DNA from: an uncultured Lactobacillaceae bacterium
Lineage (GTDB): Bacteria; Bacillota; Bacilli; Lactobacillales; Lactobacillaceae
DNA length: 64,000 nucleotides
NCBI GenBank assembly: GCA_945285405.1
Contig: CALYQJ010000003.1
Coordinates: 2,761-66,760 of the forward strand
Direction of reading: 5' to 3'
This document shows positions 52,331 to 61,502 of the stretch, piece after piece. The notes beneath the pieces are model-generated. The model saw only the letters and a program-made list of their open reading frames with translations, was not told where the DNA came from and did no database searches. Each line of letters begins with the position of its first letter. The stretch's first letter is position 1. Made by a program: the position numbers and the translations under genes.

Positions 52331-54586
52331 ATTTGCATATTTTATAAGTTTTTGCAAAAGTTGTTCTATTTGTTGCTTAAAACGCTGATCACTAACTTGT
52401 TTACCGTAAACTTGTATCTCATAATTTTGCGTTAAAACAATAAATTGTTCTCCCCATTCTGGAAAATATTTAAATACTTTTGTGGCATAAACTTTTAAAG
52501 GCAGACTTTTCTGACGAGGTAATTGACGTTCAACTTGATTTAAGATCAAGCTATAAATCTGACAAGGATTTACCCCTAATTTTAAAAGAACTAGATAAAA
52601 TAACCATCTTAATCCTCGACGTTGCCAAAATCCTAACATCAAGCCTAAAGCCAAAAAACTTCCAATTAGTATTTTTTGCCAATTGCTTTCTTGTTTGGCT
52701 TTTGTTTTTGCTTTTTTGGGGTAATTTTTAGCTTTAAGCTTGTGCTTTTTCAAACTTACCTTTTTAGAAGAAGCGGTACTTGCTTTCGAAGTAAATTTTT
52801 GGTCATTACGCGAACTCTGATTAACTTTAGAACTTGTACTTGAAGATTGCGGAATAGTTTCAGAAATTATTGGAGACTTAAGATTTCCAGCATAGTGTTT
52901 AAAACCAGGAGTGGGTTCAAAAGGAACCCAGCCAATATTCGCAAAATAAACTTCTGGCCAACTATGAGCATTATTACTTCGAATTTCATACCCGTTTAGT
53001 TCACCAATTTTTTGTTTATAATTTCCGGGAGCATAACCTTCTGCATAACGCGTTGGAATATTTAACGCTCTTAAAAGGACTAACATCGCTGCTGCAAAAT
53101 GATCACAATAACCTTCAGGGGATTCAAATAAAAAGTAATCAACAAAATCATGGCCTTTTGGGGTATGTGGCGCATCAAGACGTGTATAAGTAAATCTAGG
53201 ATTAGTTTTTAAATATTTCTCAATAGCTAAAACTTTATTTAACTGTGATTCTTGATTCCTAGTTAACTTTTTTGCTAAATTTTTAATTCTGGAAGGAAGT
53301 CGTTTGGGCAATTTAGTATTTTTCTCTTTAACTGTTAAAGGAATTTCAGATAATTTAGCTTCCTGTAATTTAGCAGAACTAAAAATATAATTACGAACTT
53401 GAAAAACTAATTGATTAACTTGATCTTGACTATTGTTGTATTGTAAAAGGGAATTTTCGGGATTATATGTCAATGAATTAATCTTTTGTTCCTTAAATTT
53501 GAATTCAGTTTTGCCATATATTTGTGGAATTAATTGATTTTTCAAATTTTTTAGATTGTCTGCAAAAATAATTTTTAATGTTGAAGACGATGGTGACTGT
53601 GCTAAATTTAAATCATTAAGCATCATGGTGTTTTGTTTTAATGATTTACCTAACTCAACCTGATCACTAAAACCTCGACCAGTATAATCATGCTTTACAT
53701 CCAATCGTAAATAATTTGGTTGCTTTTCCCAAATTTGATAAATTAACTGCTGATTATCTAAAACCGGTCCTCCTAATTCTCGACTATCTAAAGAAAAGCC
53801 AGATTTTCTTCCAGTATAATTAACCCCTAAACTTTGATTATTAAGAGATTGATAAAAGCCTAAGGTATTTAAACGATTGCGAACTTTAATTCCTGGCATA
53901 TCAATTACATGGGCCATTTGAACAAAATATTGTTGAAATACGGTGCCAATACCTACCGAGATTAATAAAATTACTCCAGCTAAAAGCCACAATTTCAGAC
54001 TAATTTTAATAGAAACTTTTAAAATAGATTCATTGCTCACGGCAAAAACTTCAATGCCAAAAATAGTCATTGCTAAAATAGCTGGTTTCAAATAATTATG
54101 ACTATCAAAAACTGAGAGTGAAAGTAAATAAACTAAAATCAAGGGGAAAGACAAATACCAAACTTGATGATAAATACTGAGCCATAGAGTCAAATTAACT
54201 AAGCTTAAAGCAATAAAAGTAGCTAATTCTTGAGGGATCACAACAAAATTAAAATGACTAAGATTATTTAATTCTTGTCCAATTATTCGAAAGAAATTAC
54301 TGAACCACTGACCAGATTCTTGATTTGGAAATAAAACATATAAAACTCCGAATTCCCCTCCTAATGCTAAAATTACGCCTCCTAAACCCAACCATCCTTT
54401 TTTACAAGCACAAAAATAAAAAATCAGGCTATTCAAAGTCAAGTAAGCAGTAATTATCAAAACACTGCGTTGATAACCTATCACTGAAGCTGATAAATTA
54501 ATTTTTACAAAACCTGGAACCGCACAAAGCAGAATTAAAAGAGTTGAAATTGTTAAAAAAAATAGAGCTTTAACGTTATTTCTCAT
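52313..54586 (-). CDS. Membrane-bound transglutaminase-like cysteine protease (TgpA/YebA-like)
   Basis: Multi-TM N-terminus; catalytic motifs GYCDHFA, NAHSWPEVY and GWVPFEPTP; Ser/Lys linker; C-terminal TM plus DUF4129-like tail. Confidence 0.88.
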   Translation of the reverse strand: MRNNVKALFFLTISTLLILLCAVPGFVKINLSASVIGYQRSVLIITAYLTLNSLIFYFCACKKGWLGLGGVILALGGEFGVLYVLFPNQESGQWFSNFFRIIGQELNNLSHFNFVVIPQELATFIALSLVNLTLWLSIYHQVWYLSFPLILVYLLSLSVFDSHNYLKPAILAMTIFGIEVFAVSNESILKVSIKISLKLWLLAGVILLISVGIGTVFQQYFVQMAHVIDMPGIKVRNRLNTLGFYQSLNNQSLGVNYTGRKSGFSLDSRELGGPVLDNQQLIYQIWEKQPNYLRLDVKHDYTGRGFSDQVELGKSLKQNTMMLNDLNLAQSPSSSTLKIIFADNLKNLKNQLIPQIYGKTEFKFKEQKINSLTYNPENSLLQYNNSQDQVNQLVFQVRNYIFSSAKLQEAKLSEIPLTVKEKNTKLPKRLPSRIKNLAKKLTRNQESQLNKVLAIEKYLKTNPRFTYTRLDAPHTPKGHDFVDYFLFESPEGYCDHFAAAMLVLLRALNIPTRYAEGYAPGNYKQKIGELNGYEIRSNNAHSWPEVYFANIGWVPFEPTPGFKHYAGNLKSPIISETIPQSSSTSSKVNQSSRNDQKFTSKASTASSKKVSLKKHKLKAKNYPKKAKTKAKQESNWQKILIGSFLALGLMLGFWQRRGLRWLFYLVLLKLGVNPCQIYSLILNQVERQLPRQKSLPLKVYATKVFKYFPEWGEQFIVLTQNYEIQVYGKQVSDQRFKQQIEQLLQKLIKYANKKAVS

Positions 54587-54600
54587 TGATATTTTTCACT

Positions 54601-55671
54601 TCACAGTTCAATATTTTGACTAATTTTTTCAGTACTAATTGACACTAGATGGGGGGTTCGATACGTTACACAAATAACTTGATTAAATTGTCTAACATAA
54701 GATAGAGTGTGCTTCAAAATAGGAGAATTAAACGGCGTAAACAAAAAGATTTGACTTTGTCTTAAATGATTTAATTTAGTAAAATTTTGTCGATCATCGA
54801 AAGGTTGAACTAAAGCTGCCCACTGGTCATTCATCACTTTCCCATAAAAATCTTTTTTTCCTAGAAGAATAATTTCAGAAAAAAAATGAAAATTAATATC
54901 TTTTATCAGGGAATAAAACAAACTTAAAGTTGCTTCAAAATTATCACCAGCTTCTCCCCAAAAGATTAAAACGTTTTGTTGTTCCACATCAGGATAATTT
55001 TCTCTTACTAATAATTTTCCGGTTTTTGCCGTTTTTTTCCAATCAATCGCCCTTAAACTATCATGATTTTGATAAGAACGGTATCCTTTAAAGTCATAAC
55101 TTAGAAAATCTCTTTGCAGAAGATGGCATTTTAAAAATTGTAATAATGCCCGATTTAACTTTTGTCCTGCTTCTTGCCAATTATAAGGCAAGACATAAAT
55201 TGCCGTTGAAGCCTTCAAAAGATAACATTTTTCCCAAATTTGAAAATAATCGGTTGCTATAAATTGCATTTTAATTTGAGAATAATATCCTCGAGGCAAG
55301 TTAAAAATTATTAAAGGTATCTCAACAGCGTTATGAAAATTATGATTATTAATTTCTCCTTCACCCTTTAATTGTTGTTGATGATATAACTGTACTTTTA
55401 AATGCGGAATTAAAAACCAAGATTTTGTCCACAAACGAATTTTAAAAGCGGTATCCAAATCATCAGGATGTACTAATTGCTCTTTTATCTTAAAATTCAA
55501 ACAATGCAGGGGTAAAATTAGCTGAATTAATTCAATGAAGAAAAAACAAATTATTGCATAAAAAATGCCCCATCCAGTTTGATTATTAAAAAGCCACCCA
55601 AAAATTAATAAAAGAATAGCAATCCAAAAGGTTGCTAAATTATGTAAATAACTAATAAGTTTATAATGCAT
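54601..55671 (-). CDS. DUF58 domain protein
   Basis: FKGYRSYQNHDSLRAIDWKKTAKTGKLLVRE signature and N-terminal TM helices. Start ATG 55671 just after the moxR stop. Confidence 0.85.
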   Translation of the reverse strand: MHYKLISYLHNLATFWIAILLLIFGWLFNNQTGWGIFYAIICFFFIELIQLILPLHCLNFKIKEQLVHPDDLDTAFKIRLWTKSWFLIPHLKVQLYHQQQLKGEGEINNHNFHNAVEIPLIIFNLPRGYYSQIKMQFIATDYFQIWEKCYLLKASTAIYVLPYNWQEAGQKLNRALLQFLKCHLLQRDFLSYDFKGYRSYQNHDSLRAIDWKKTAKTGKLLVRENYPDVEQQNVLIFWGEAGDNFEATLSLFYSLIKDINFHFFSEIILLGKKDFYGKVMNDQWAALVQPFDDRQNFTKLNHLRQSQIFLFTPFNSPILKHTLSYVRQFNQVICVTYRTPHLVSISTEKISQNIEL

Positions 55672-55672
55672 C

Positions 55673-56635
55673 TTAGCGAACCGGCACGGCAACTTGAGAG
55701 ACTATATCCTCCAAGATGACTTCAGGCTGTAAAGAGTTGACTTCTTCATCAGATAAAACCAATCGATGACAAAAAACTGGAATTAAAACCTGTTGAACTA
55801 ATTCTGGACTTACATAATCTTCACCCACTGTTATTGCATAAGCTTTAGCTACTTGAACCAAGGCCATAGTTCCCCTCGGACTAATCCCTAGTTTTATGGC
55901 TGGATCATTGCGAGTAGCAGTAACTAAATTTAAAATATATCCAGCTACATTTTTGGCTAAATGGACCTCAGAAACTAACTGTTTTAAATATCGAATTTCT
56001 TTCCGATCAACAACTTGATGAATTTGGGTCATTTTATTAGAGCCATTTGACTGATACATTAGCTTAATTTCATCATTAAATTCAGGATACCCAATGCGTA
56101 AACACATTAAAAAGCGATCAAGCTGGGCTTCCGGCAAAGGATATGTTCCCTCAAAAGATAAAGGATTTTGTGTGCCTAACACCAAAAAATCTGAATCTAA
56201 ATCAAATTGCTGATTATCCACAGTTATTGATAAATCGGACATTGCTTCCAATAAGGCCGATTGAGTACGAGGAGTAGCTCGATTAATCTCATCCGCCAAA
56301 ACTATATCAGTAAAAATTGGCCCTCGATGAAAAACAAATTTTTGATTTTCCTGATCAAAAACTGAGGTTCCTAAAATATCCGCTGGCATTAAATCGGGAG
56401 TGAATTGAATCCGTTTAAAATCCAATCCCAAAGCTATTGCCATTGCACGAACTAATGTTGTTTTACCCACTCCAGGAATATCATCAAATAAAACATGACC
56501 TGAAGCCAACATCGTCGCTAAAGCCATTCGAATAACTTCGCCTTTACCAATAATTACTTTAGAAATCTCATGAATAATTTGATCGATAATTTGTCGTGCT
56601 TGTTTAACGTCTTGATTTGTTGAATATTGATCCAT
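55673..56635 (-). CDS. MoxR family AAA+ ATPase
   Basis: DIPGVGKTT, RIQFTPDLMPAD, DEINRATPRTQSALLEAM and YPLPEAQLDRF. Start refined to ATG 56635. Confidence 0.95.
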   Translation of the reverse strand: MDQYSTNQDVKQARQIIDQIIHEISKVIIGKGEVIRMALATMLASGHVLFDDIPGVGKTTLVRAMAIALGLDFKRIQFTPDLMPADILGTSVFDQENQKFVFHRGPIFTDIVLADEINRATPRTQSALLEAMSDLSITVDNQQFDLDSDFLVLGTQNPLSFEGTYPLPEAQLDRFLMCLRIGYPEFNDEIKLMYQSNGSNKMTQIHQVVDRKEIRYLKQLVSEVHLAKNVAGYILNLVTATRNDPAIKLGISPRGTMALVQVAKAYAITVGEDYVSPELVQQVLIPVFCHRLVLSDEEVNSLQPEVILEDIVSQVAVPVR

Positions 56636-56663
56636 TTCTCTTCCTTTTTTAAAAATATAACAC

Positions 56664-56693
56664 AAAAAAAAGAAATGGATATCCATTTCCTTT
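56664..56693 (-). terminator. Terminator of lexA
   Basis: GAAATGG-ATAT-CCATTTC followed by T8 on the minus strand. Confidence 0.7.
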
Positions 56694-56706
56694 AAACAAT
56701 AATCAA

Positions 56707-57348
56707 TTAAACTAAAACCGGACGGTAAAGACTTATTACCAAACCTAGGATAGTTACCTGATCATAAATTAAATCATCCATTGTTGTATTTTCTGGATGG
56801 AGACGAATATAACTCTTTTCACGGTAAAATCTTTTTACTGTTGCTTCATTATCCTCAGTCATAGCGACCACAATTTGACCGTTTTCAGCAGTTGTTTGTC
56901 GATGCACGATAATCTCATCGCCATCATTAATTCCAATATCAATCATTGAATTTCCTTGAACTTTAAGCATAAAAAGTTCATCCGGAGCATAGCTAATATT
57001 ATTTGGTAGAGGAAAGTAGCCTTCAATCTCTTCTTCAGCCGTAATTGGTTGCCCGGCAGCAACAGTTCCTACCATTGGAATCATTAAACCAGTAGCTTCA
57101 TTTTTGTCTTTACCAATCATTTTCATCCCTTTTGAAGTGATTTCTAAAGATCGAGAACGACTGTTATGTTTCCTTAAATAGCCATCATTAATTAGCCGAT
57201 CAACATATGTTGCTGCTGTACTTGAAGAAACAACATTCATCATCTGCGAAATTTCTCGAATTGAAGGTGGATAATTGTAATCTTCAACATAAGAATTAAT
57301 TTTATTTAAGATTTCACGGCGGCGGTGGTCATTAAATCTCTGTCCCAT
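56707..57348 (-). CDS. lexA: SOS repressor LexA
   Basis: YPPSIREI HTH, Ala-Gly cleavage site VAAGQP, catalytic GNSM and TVKR. Start refined to ATG 57348. Confidence 0.96.
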   Translation of the reverse strand: MGQRFNDHRRREILNKINSYVEDYNYPPSIREISQMMNVVSSSTAATYVDRLINDGYLRKHNSRSRSLEITSKGMKMIGKDKNEATGLMIPMVGTVAAGQPITAEEEIEGYFPLPNNISYAPDELFMLKVQGNSMIDIGINDGDEIIVHRQTTAENGQIVVAMTEDNEATVKRFYREKSYIRLHPENTTMDDLIYDQVTILGLVISLYRPVLV

Positions 57349-57390
57349 ATTTTTCCTCAATTATCTAAGTATTATTAATTAATATATTTT

Positions 57391-57404
57391 AGAACAAATG
57401 TTTT
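57391..57404. promoter_or_regulatory. Imperfect LexA autoregulatory box
   Basis: AGAAC-AAAT-GTTTT, one mismatch to GAAC-N4-GTTC, 42 nt upstream of the lexA ATG. Confidence 0.7.
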
Positions 57405-57647
57405 GAAAAAGAAAATTTTTTTTAGTGTTTAACTGATTCTATAAGAAATAATTTTTGAAAATACTAATTACTTAAATATGATAAAAAATTATCATTTGAG
57501 TATTTTTGATTTAATTTTATAATAAATTCTGGCAATTTTCATCTTAAAGAATAAAATTTATTTTTTCTCATTTTAAAATTTTAACTACCTAGAATCGTAT
57601 TTCAATATAAATTTAGGTATAATAATTTTAAAAAAGGAGAAATTATA

Positions 57648-59459
57648 ATGAATAAAAATACAAGTGTGCCGCCACGTGAATTGGTAGATCCAAAAGAAAC
57701 GTGGGATCTAACTCCACTCTGTAAAGATAATGAAGACTTTCAAAAACGTTTAGCAGATTCTAAAAAACAGGTGCAACATTTTTGCGAAATGTACCAAAAT
57801 AAAAAATTTAATTTAAGTCAAATTGGGCAACTTTTAAAAGATTACAATAAATTATTTAAAGATTTGCTTCCTTTAATTGACTATGGCTTTTTGGTTAGTA
57901 CCACTGACTTAACTAATGCCGAGAATAATCAAATTACTTTTCAAAGTGAAAATTTTTATTCTGAATTTTCCGCTCAAACTAAATTTGTTGAAGATGATTT
58001 ATTAGCCTTAACAACTGAAGAAATAAAACAACTTCAAAAAGATTTACCTCAATTTACTGGTTATCTGAGAAAAATTAAAAAGTATAAAAAAATTGCTTTA
58101 AATCCTGAAGTTGAACATGTTCTTACCAAATTAGAACCTACTTTTAATTCATACAGTAATATCTACGGACAGATTCGTTCAGCAGACCTTCACTTTTCCC
58201 AATTTTCAGCCAATGGTCAAACCTATCCTTTATCTTTCAGTCTTTATGAAGATCGCTATTCTTATGATCCCGACCCAGAAATTAGACGCAATGCTTTTGC
58301 TAAATTTTCTGAAGAATTATCTCATCATCAAAATGCTGCTGCTGCAAATTATCTGGCTCAAGTCTCTAATGAAAAAAGATTAGCCGATTTACATGGCTTT
58401 GATTCAGTGATCGATTACCTCCTATTTGATCAAGAGGTTGACAGACCTTTATTTAATCGCCAAATTGATTTGATCATAGAAAAATTTGGTCCCATAATGC
58501 AAAAATATTTAAAATTTGTTGCCCAAGAACGCGGATTAGATAAAATGACCTTTGCAGATCGCTTAATTGATTTAGATCCGAAATATGCACCCAAAGTAAG
58601 TATTGCTGATTCCAAAAAATTCATTAAGGATGCTATAGCAACCTTAGGAGATGATTATCAAAAGATGATCATGCCAGCATTTGAAGAACGTTGGGTTGAT
58701 TTTGCTCAAAATCAAGGAAAAGAAACTGGCGGGTTTTGTTTGCAGCCATATGAAACTCACCCTTATATCTTATTAACCTGGCAAGACGGATTAGCTGATG
58801 TTTATACTTTAATTCATGAATTAGGACATGCCGGGCAAGGAATTCTTTGTACACAAAATCATCCAGTTTTAGAGACAGACTCTTCAACTTATTTAATTGA
58901 AGCGCCTTCAACTTTTAATGAGCTTTTATTGACTGACTCTCTGGAAAATAAAGCTAAAGATCCACGGCAGAAGCGTTTTGCTTTATCTAAAATGTTAACT
59001 AATACATATTTTCATAATTTTATTACTCACTTACTAGAAGCAGCTTATCAACGTGAAGTTTATCGTTTAATTGATGCCGGTAAAAGTTTTAATGCCGATA
59101 AATTAAATGAAATTACTAAACAAGTTTATTCAGAATTTTTTGGTGATGCCTTAGAATTAAACCCTGGTAGTGAATTAACTTGGATGCGACAATCTCATTA
59201 TTATATGGGCCTTTACAGTTACACTTATTCAGCAAGTTTAACGATTGCTACCCAAGCATTTTTAAATGTTAAAAAATTTGGACAACCAGCGATCGAAAAA
59301 TGGCTTGACTTTTTAAAATTAGGTAACAGTAAAGATCCGGTTGCTGCTGCTGCAACCGCTGGAGTAGATATCAATAGTGATCAACCTTTACTTAATACAA
59401 TTAATTACCTTGACCAAACCGTAAATCAAATTATTGCATTAACAAAGGAAATAAAATAA
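57648..59459 (+). CDS. pepF: Oligoendopeptidase F (M3B)
   Basis: ETWDL, TLIHELGHAGQ zinc motif, EAPSTFNE and HYYMGLYSYTY; AAGGAG RBS. Confidence 0.93.
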   Translation: MNKNTSVPPRELVDPKETWDLTPLCKDNEDFQKRLADSKKQVQHFCEMYQNKKFNLSQIGQLLKDYNKLFKDLLPLIDYGFLVSTTDLTNAENNQITFQSENFYSEFSAQTKFVEDDLLALTTEEIKQLQKDLPQFTGYLRKIKKYKKIALNPEVEHVLTKLEPTFNSYSNIYGQIRSADLHFSQFSANGQTYPLSFSLYEDRYSYDPDPEIRRNAFAKFSEELSHHQNAAAANYLAQVSNEKRLADLHGFDSVIDYLLFDQEVDRPLFNRQIDLIIEKFGPIMQKYLKFVAQERGLDKMTFADRLIDLDPKYAPKVSIADSKKFIKDAIATLGDDYQKMIMPAFEERWVDFAQNQGKETGGFCLQPYETHPYILLTWQDGLADVYTLIHELGHAGQGILCTQNHPVLETDSSTYLIEAPSTFNELLLTDSLENKAKDPRQKRFALSKMLTNTYFHNFITHLLEAAYQREVYRLIDAGKSFNADKLNEITKQVYSEFFGDALELNPGSELTWMRQSHYYMGLYSYTYSASLTIATQAFLNVKKFGQPAIEKWLDFLKLGNSKDPVAAAATAGVDINSDQPLLNTINYLDQTVNQIIALTKEIK

Positions 59460-59484
59460 AAAACAGGTAATTACTGTTTTTTTT
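59458..59484 (+). terminator. Terminator of pepF
   Basis: AAAAAACAG-N7-CTGTTTTTTTT. Confidence 0.6.
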
Positions 59485-59647
59485 ACACAAAACACCCAAT
59501 TATAAAAAGTATTATTTTTTATAATTAATACTGAGAAAATATTTTTTTAATATTTCTTTTCGCCTTTAAATTATTTTTAATTATTAAAAAATTAGCCTAA
59601 AAAAAGATATTTTTTTTTAAAAATAAATGTAATCTTTATGATTTTTT

Positions 59648-59680
59648 TGCTATAATAAAATACAAAAATAAGATAGGAGG
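59648..59680 (+). promoter_or_regulatory. Extended -10 promoter and SD of the BlaI-like cassette
   Basis: TG-C-TATAAT at 59648-59656 and AGGAGG at 59675-59680. Confidence 0.7.
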
Positions 59681-59688
59681 GTTTTTCT

Positions 59689-60021
59689 GTAAAAAAATTA
59701 ACTTACAATGAAAGGCAAGTAATGAATATTTTATGGACAATTAATCAGCCATCTTCAATCAAAGTAATAGGCCACTTTTTATTAAAATATAAGCGAAATA
59801 GAATAAACTTTATTTTAAATAGTCTTTTAGATAAAGGACTGATTACTGTACTAGAAACTAAAAAGGGATCAGTTTGGGTACAACTATATGAACCAATAAT
59901 TACTGCCGAAGAATATTACTATTCACTTATTCCACACGAATATTTAGAATTTTTAATTTCCCATTTTATTAATACAAGTGAAGATATAGAGGATATAAAT
60001 GAAGCAAAAAAATACAATTAA
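59689..60021 (+). CDS. BlaI/MecI/CopY family winged-helix repressor; start codon reads GTA, so possibly a pseudogene
   Basis: In-frame (V)KKLTYNERQVMNILW 8 nt after AGGAGG, plus LNSLLDKGLI and YEPIITAEEY, which are typical of the family. Confidence 0.75.
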   Translation, partial: VKKLTYNERQVMNILWTINQPSSIKVIGHFLLKYKRNRINFILNSLLDKGLITVLETKKGSVWVQLYEPIITAEEYYYSLIPHEYLEFLISHFINTSEDIEDINEAKKYN

Positions 60022-60086
60022 TTTTTCTAGTAAATTTAAACTAGAAGATTCCCAAAATTATCGTATTGGAATTTATAATTAGTCAA

Positions 60087-61235
60087 ATGAAATTTTCAAT
60101 TGCCTCGTTATTTATTTCACTATGTCTGGCTTCAGTATTAATTATATTACTCAGACTATTTTTATCACATAAATTAACGTACAAGCAGTTCAGAATTGAC
60201 TTTTTATCAATTTTTAGTCTTATTATTACATTACGGTTATTGTTACCTTTTGAATTTGCAAATACACAAACGGTCGCATCTCAATACATCCTACCTGCAA
60301 TTTATTCTGTGGGTAAAATTGATCTGATAAATACTTCTTTAAAATTAACACTTGGTAAAATTTTACTAGCGATTTGGATCTGTGGAAGTATAATTTCATT
60401 AATCCATTTTTTAAAAAGTAAGTATCTCTTAAGAAACTTTACGCATTCCCTTGTTAAGTTGCCAGAGAACTATCTTGATCAAAGTGTAAGAGAAATGATC
60501 CCCCAAAAAATCAAACTGTATTATTCTAAATTACCAAATTCTCCATATACATTTGGCGTAGTGAGGCCTGGTATTGTCTTTTCAAATTTAAAGTTGAGTG
60601 TTGATGATCAAAGATTTATTGTCGGTCATGAACTTGAACATATTCGACGCCATGATAATTTAAAGAAATATGTCATTGAAATTCTAGTCTGTATTTACTG
60701 GTGGTATCCTTTAATTTATTTGTTCCGACGTGAAGTTAATTCGATAATCGAAATTAATATTGATTATCAAATGATAAAAAACAAAAATAGTAAAATCTAT
60801 TTCGATTATACAGAATGCCTAATTAAAATAGCTAAGCAATTAAAGAATTTTACATATCATTCTAAGCTTCAAAAAGAGATTTATAAAAATTCTAATTTAT
60901 CTAATTTTGTGCTTTTTCAAGAAAATACTTTAACCAGAAGAATTAACTTTTTATTAGAAGAATACCCGGTCAAACAAACTTCTTGGGTTTTAAAAATTTT
61001 ACTTGTACTTTTACCGCTAATTATTACTTCAGTTATTATTGAGCCGTACTACGATAAAACCAATTTGACTGAGGGAACTTTTAAATTAAGTGATAATAAA
61101 AGGGATAATTTTATATTAAAAATGAATAATAATTATTATTTAATAATTAAAGGAAAGAATTTAGGCAAAATTAAAAATTATTCACCTGGAAAAGATACTA
61201 ATTTAAAACATTTACCAATAAAAGAAAAAAAATAA
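60087..61235 (+). CDS. M56 family (BlaR1/MecR1-like) membrane metallopeptidase lacking a penicillin-binding domain
   Basis: LRLLLPF, SPYTFG...PGIV, HELEHIRRHD, WWYPLIY, EINID, LTRRINFLL and four TM segments. Start is ATG 60087 or TTG 60066. Confidence 0.9.
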   Translation: MKFSIASLFISLCLASVLIILLRLFLSHKLTYKQFRIDFLSIFSLIITLRLLLPFEFANTQTVASQYILPAIYSVGKIDLINTSLKLTLGKILLAIWICGSIISLIHFLKSKYLLRNFTHSLVKLPENYLDQSVREMIPQKIKLYYSKLPNSPYTFGVVRPGIVFSNLKLSVDDQRFIVGHELEHIRRHDNLKKYVIEILVCIYWWYPLIYLFRREVNSIIEINIDYQMIKNKNSKIYFDYTECLIKIAKQLKNFTYHSKLQKEIYKNSNLSNFVLFQENTLTRRINFLLEEYPVKQTSWVLKILLVLLPLIITSVIIEPYYDKTNLTEGTFKLSDNKRDNFILKMNNNYYLIIKGKNLGKIKNYSPGKDTNLKHLPIKEKK

Positions 61236-61250
61236 GGAGATAAAATAATT

Positions 61251-61478
61251 ATGAGAAAAAAGATTACCAAATTTTTATTACTATTTGCTTTAGTTACACC
61301 TTTCGCTGTTAATACTGCAACTGTTAACGCAGCAACAACTTTTGAAACTGACAATCCAAAACTTGAGCCACTGAGACCAATAATTGAATATCGTTATAAA
61401 CTTGTAAAAGGATATTTATACCGTCGTTTATATGATGCAACTAATGATAAATGGCTTGGACCTTGGGAAAAAATTTAA
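61251..61478 (+). CDS. Small secreted Tyr/Trp-rich peptide (75 aa precursor)
   Basis: AAGGAG RBS, Sec signal MRKKITKFLLLFALVTPFAVNTATVNA, followed by a terminator. Confidence 0.85.
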   Translation: MRKKITKFLLLFALVTPFAVNTATVNAATTFETDNPKLEPLRPIIEYRYKLVKGYLYRRLYDATNDKWLGPWEKI

Positions 61479-61502
61479 TGGATAAATAATTATTTCTAAT
61501 GT

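Noticed and set aside
59490-59670. BlaI operator (TACA-NN-TGTA) in the cassette promoter
   Set aside because: Only separated TGTA and TACA half-sites and A/T-run palindromes are present, which is expected by chance in this AT-rich DNA.
59689-61235. Beta-lactam resistance locus (blaI-blaR1-blaZ)
   Set aside because: There is no penicillin-binding sensor domain, and no beta-lactamase or mecA in the neighbourhood.
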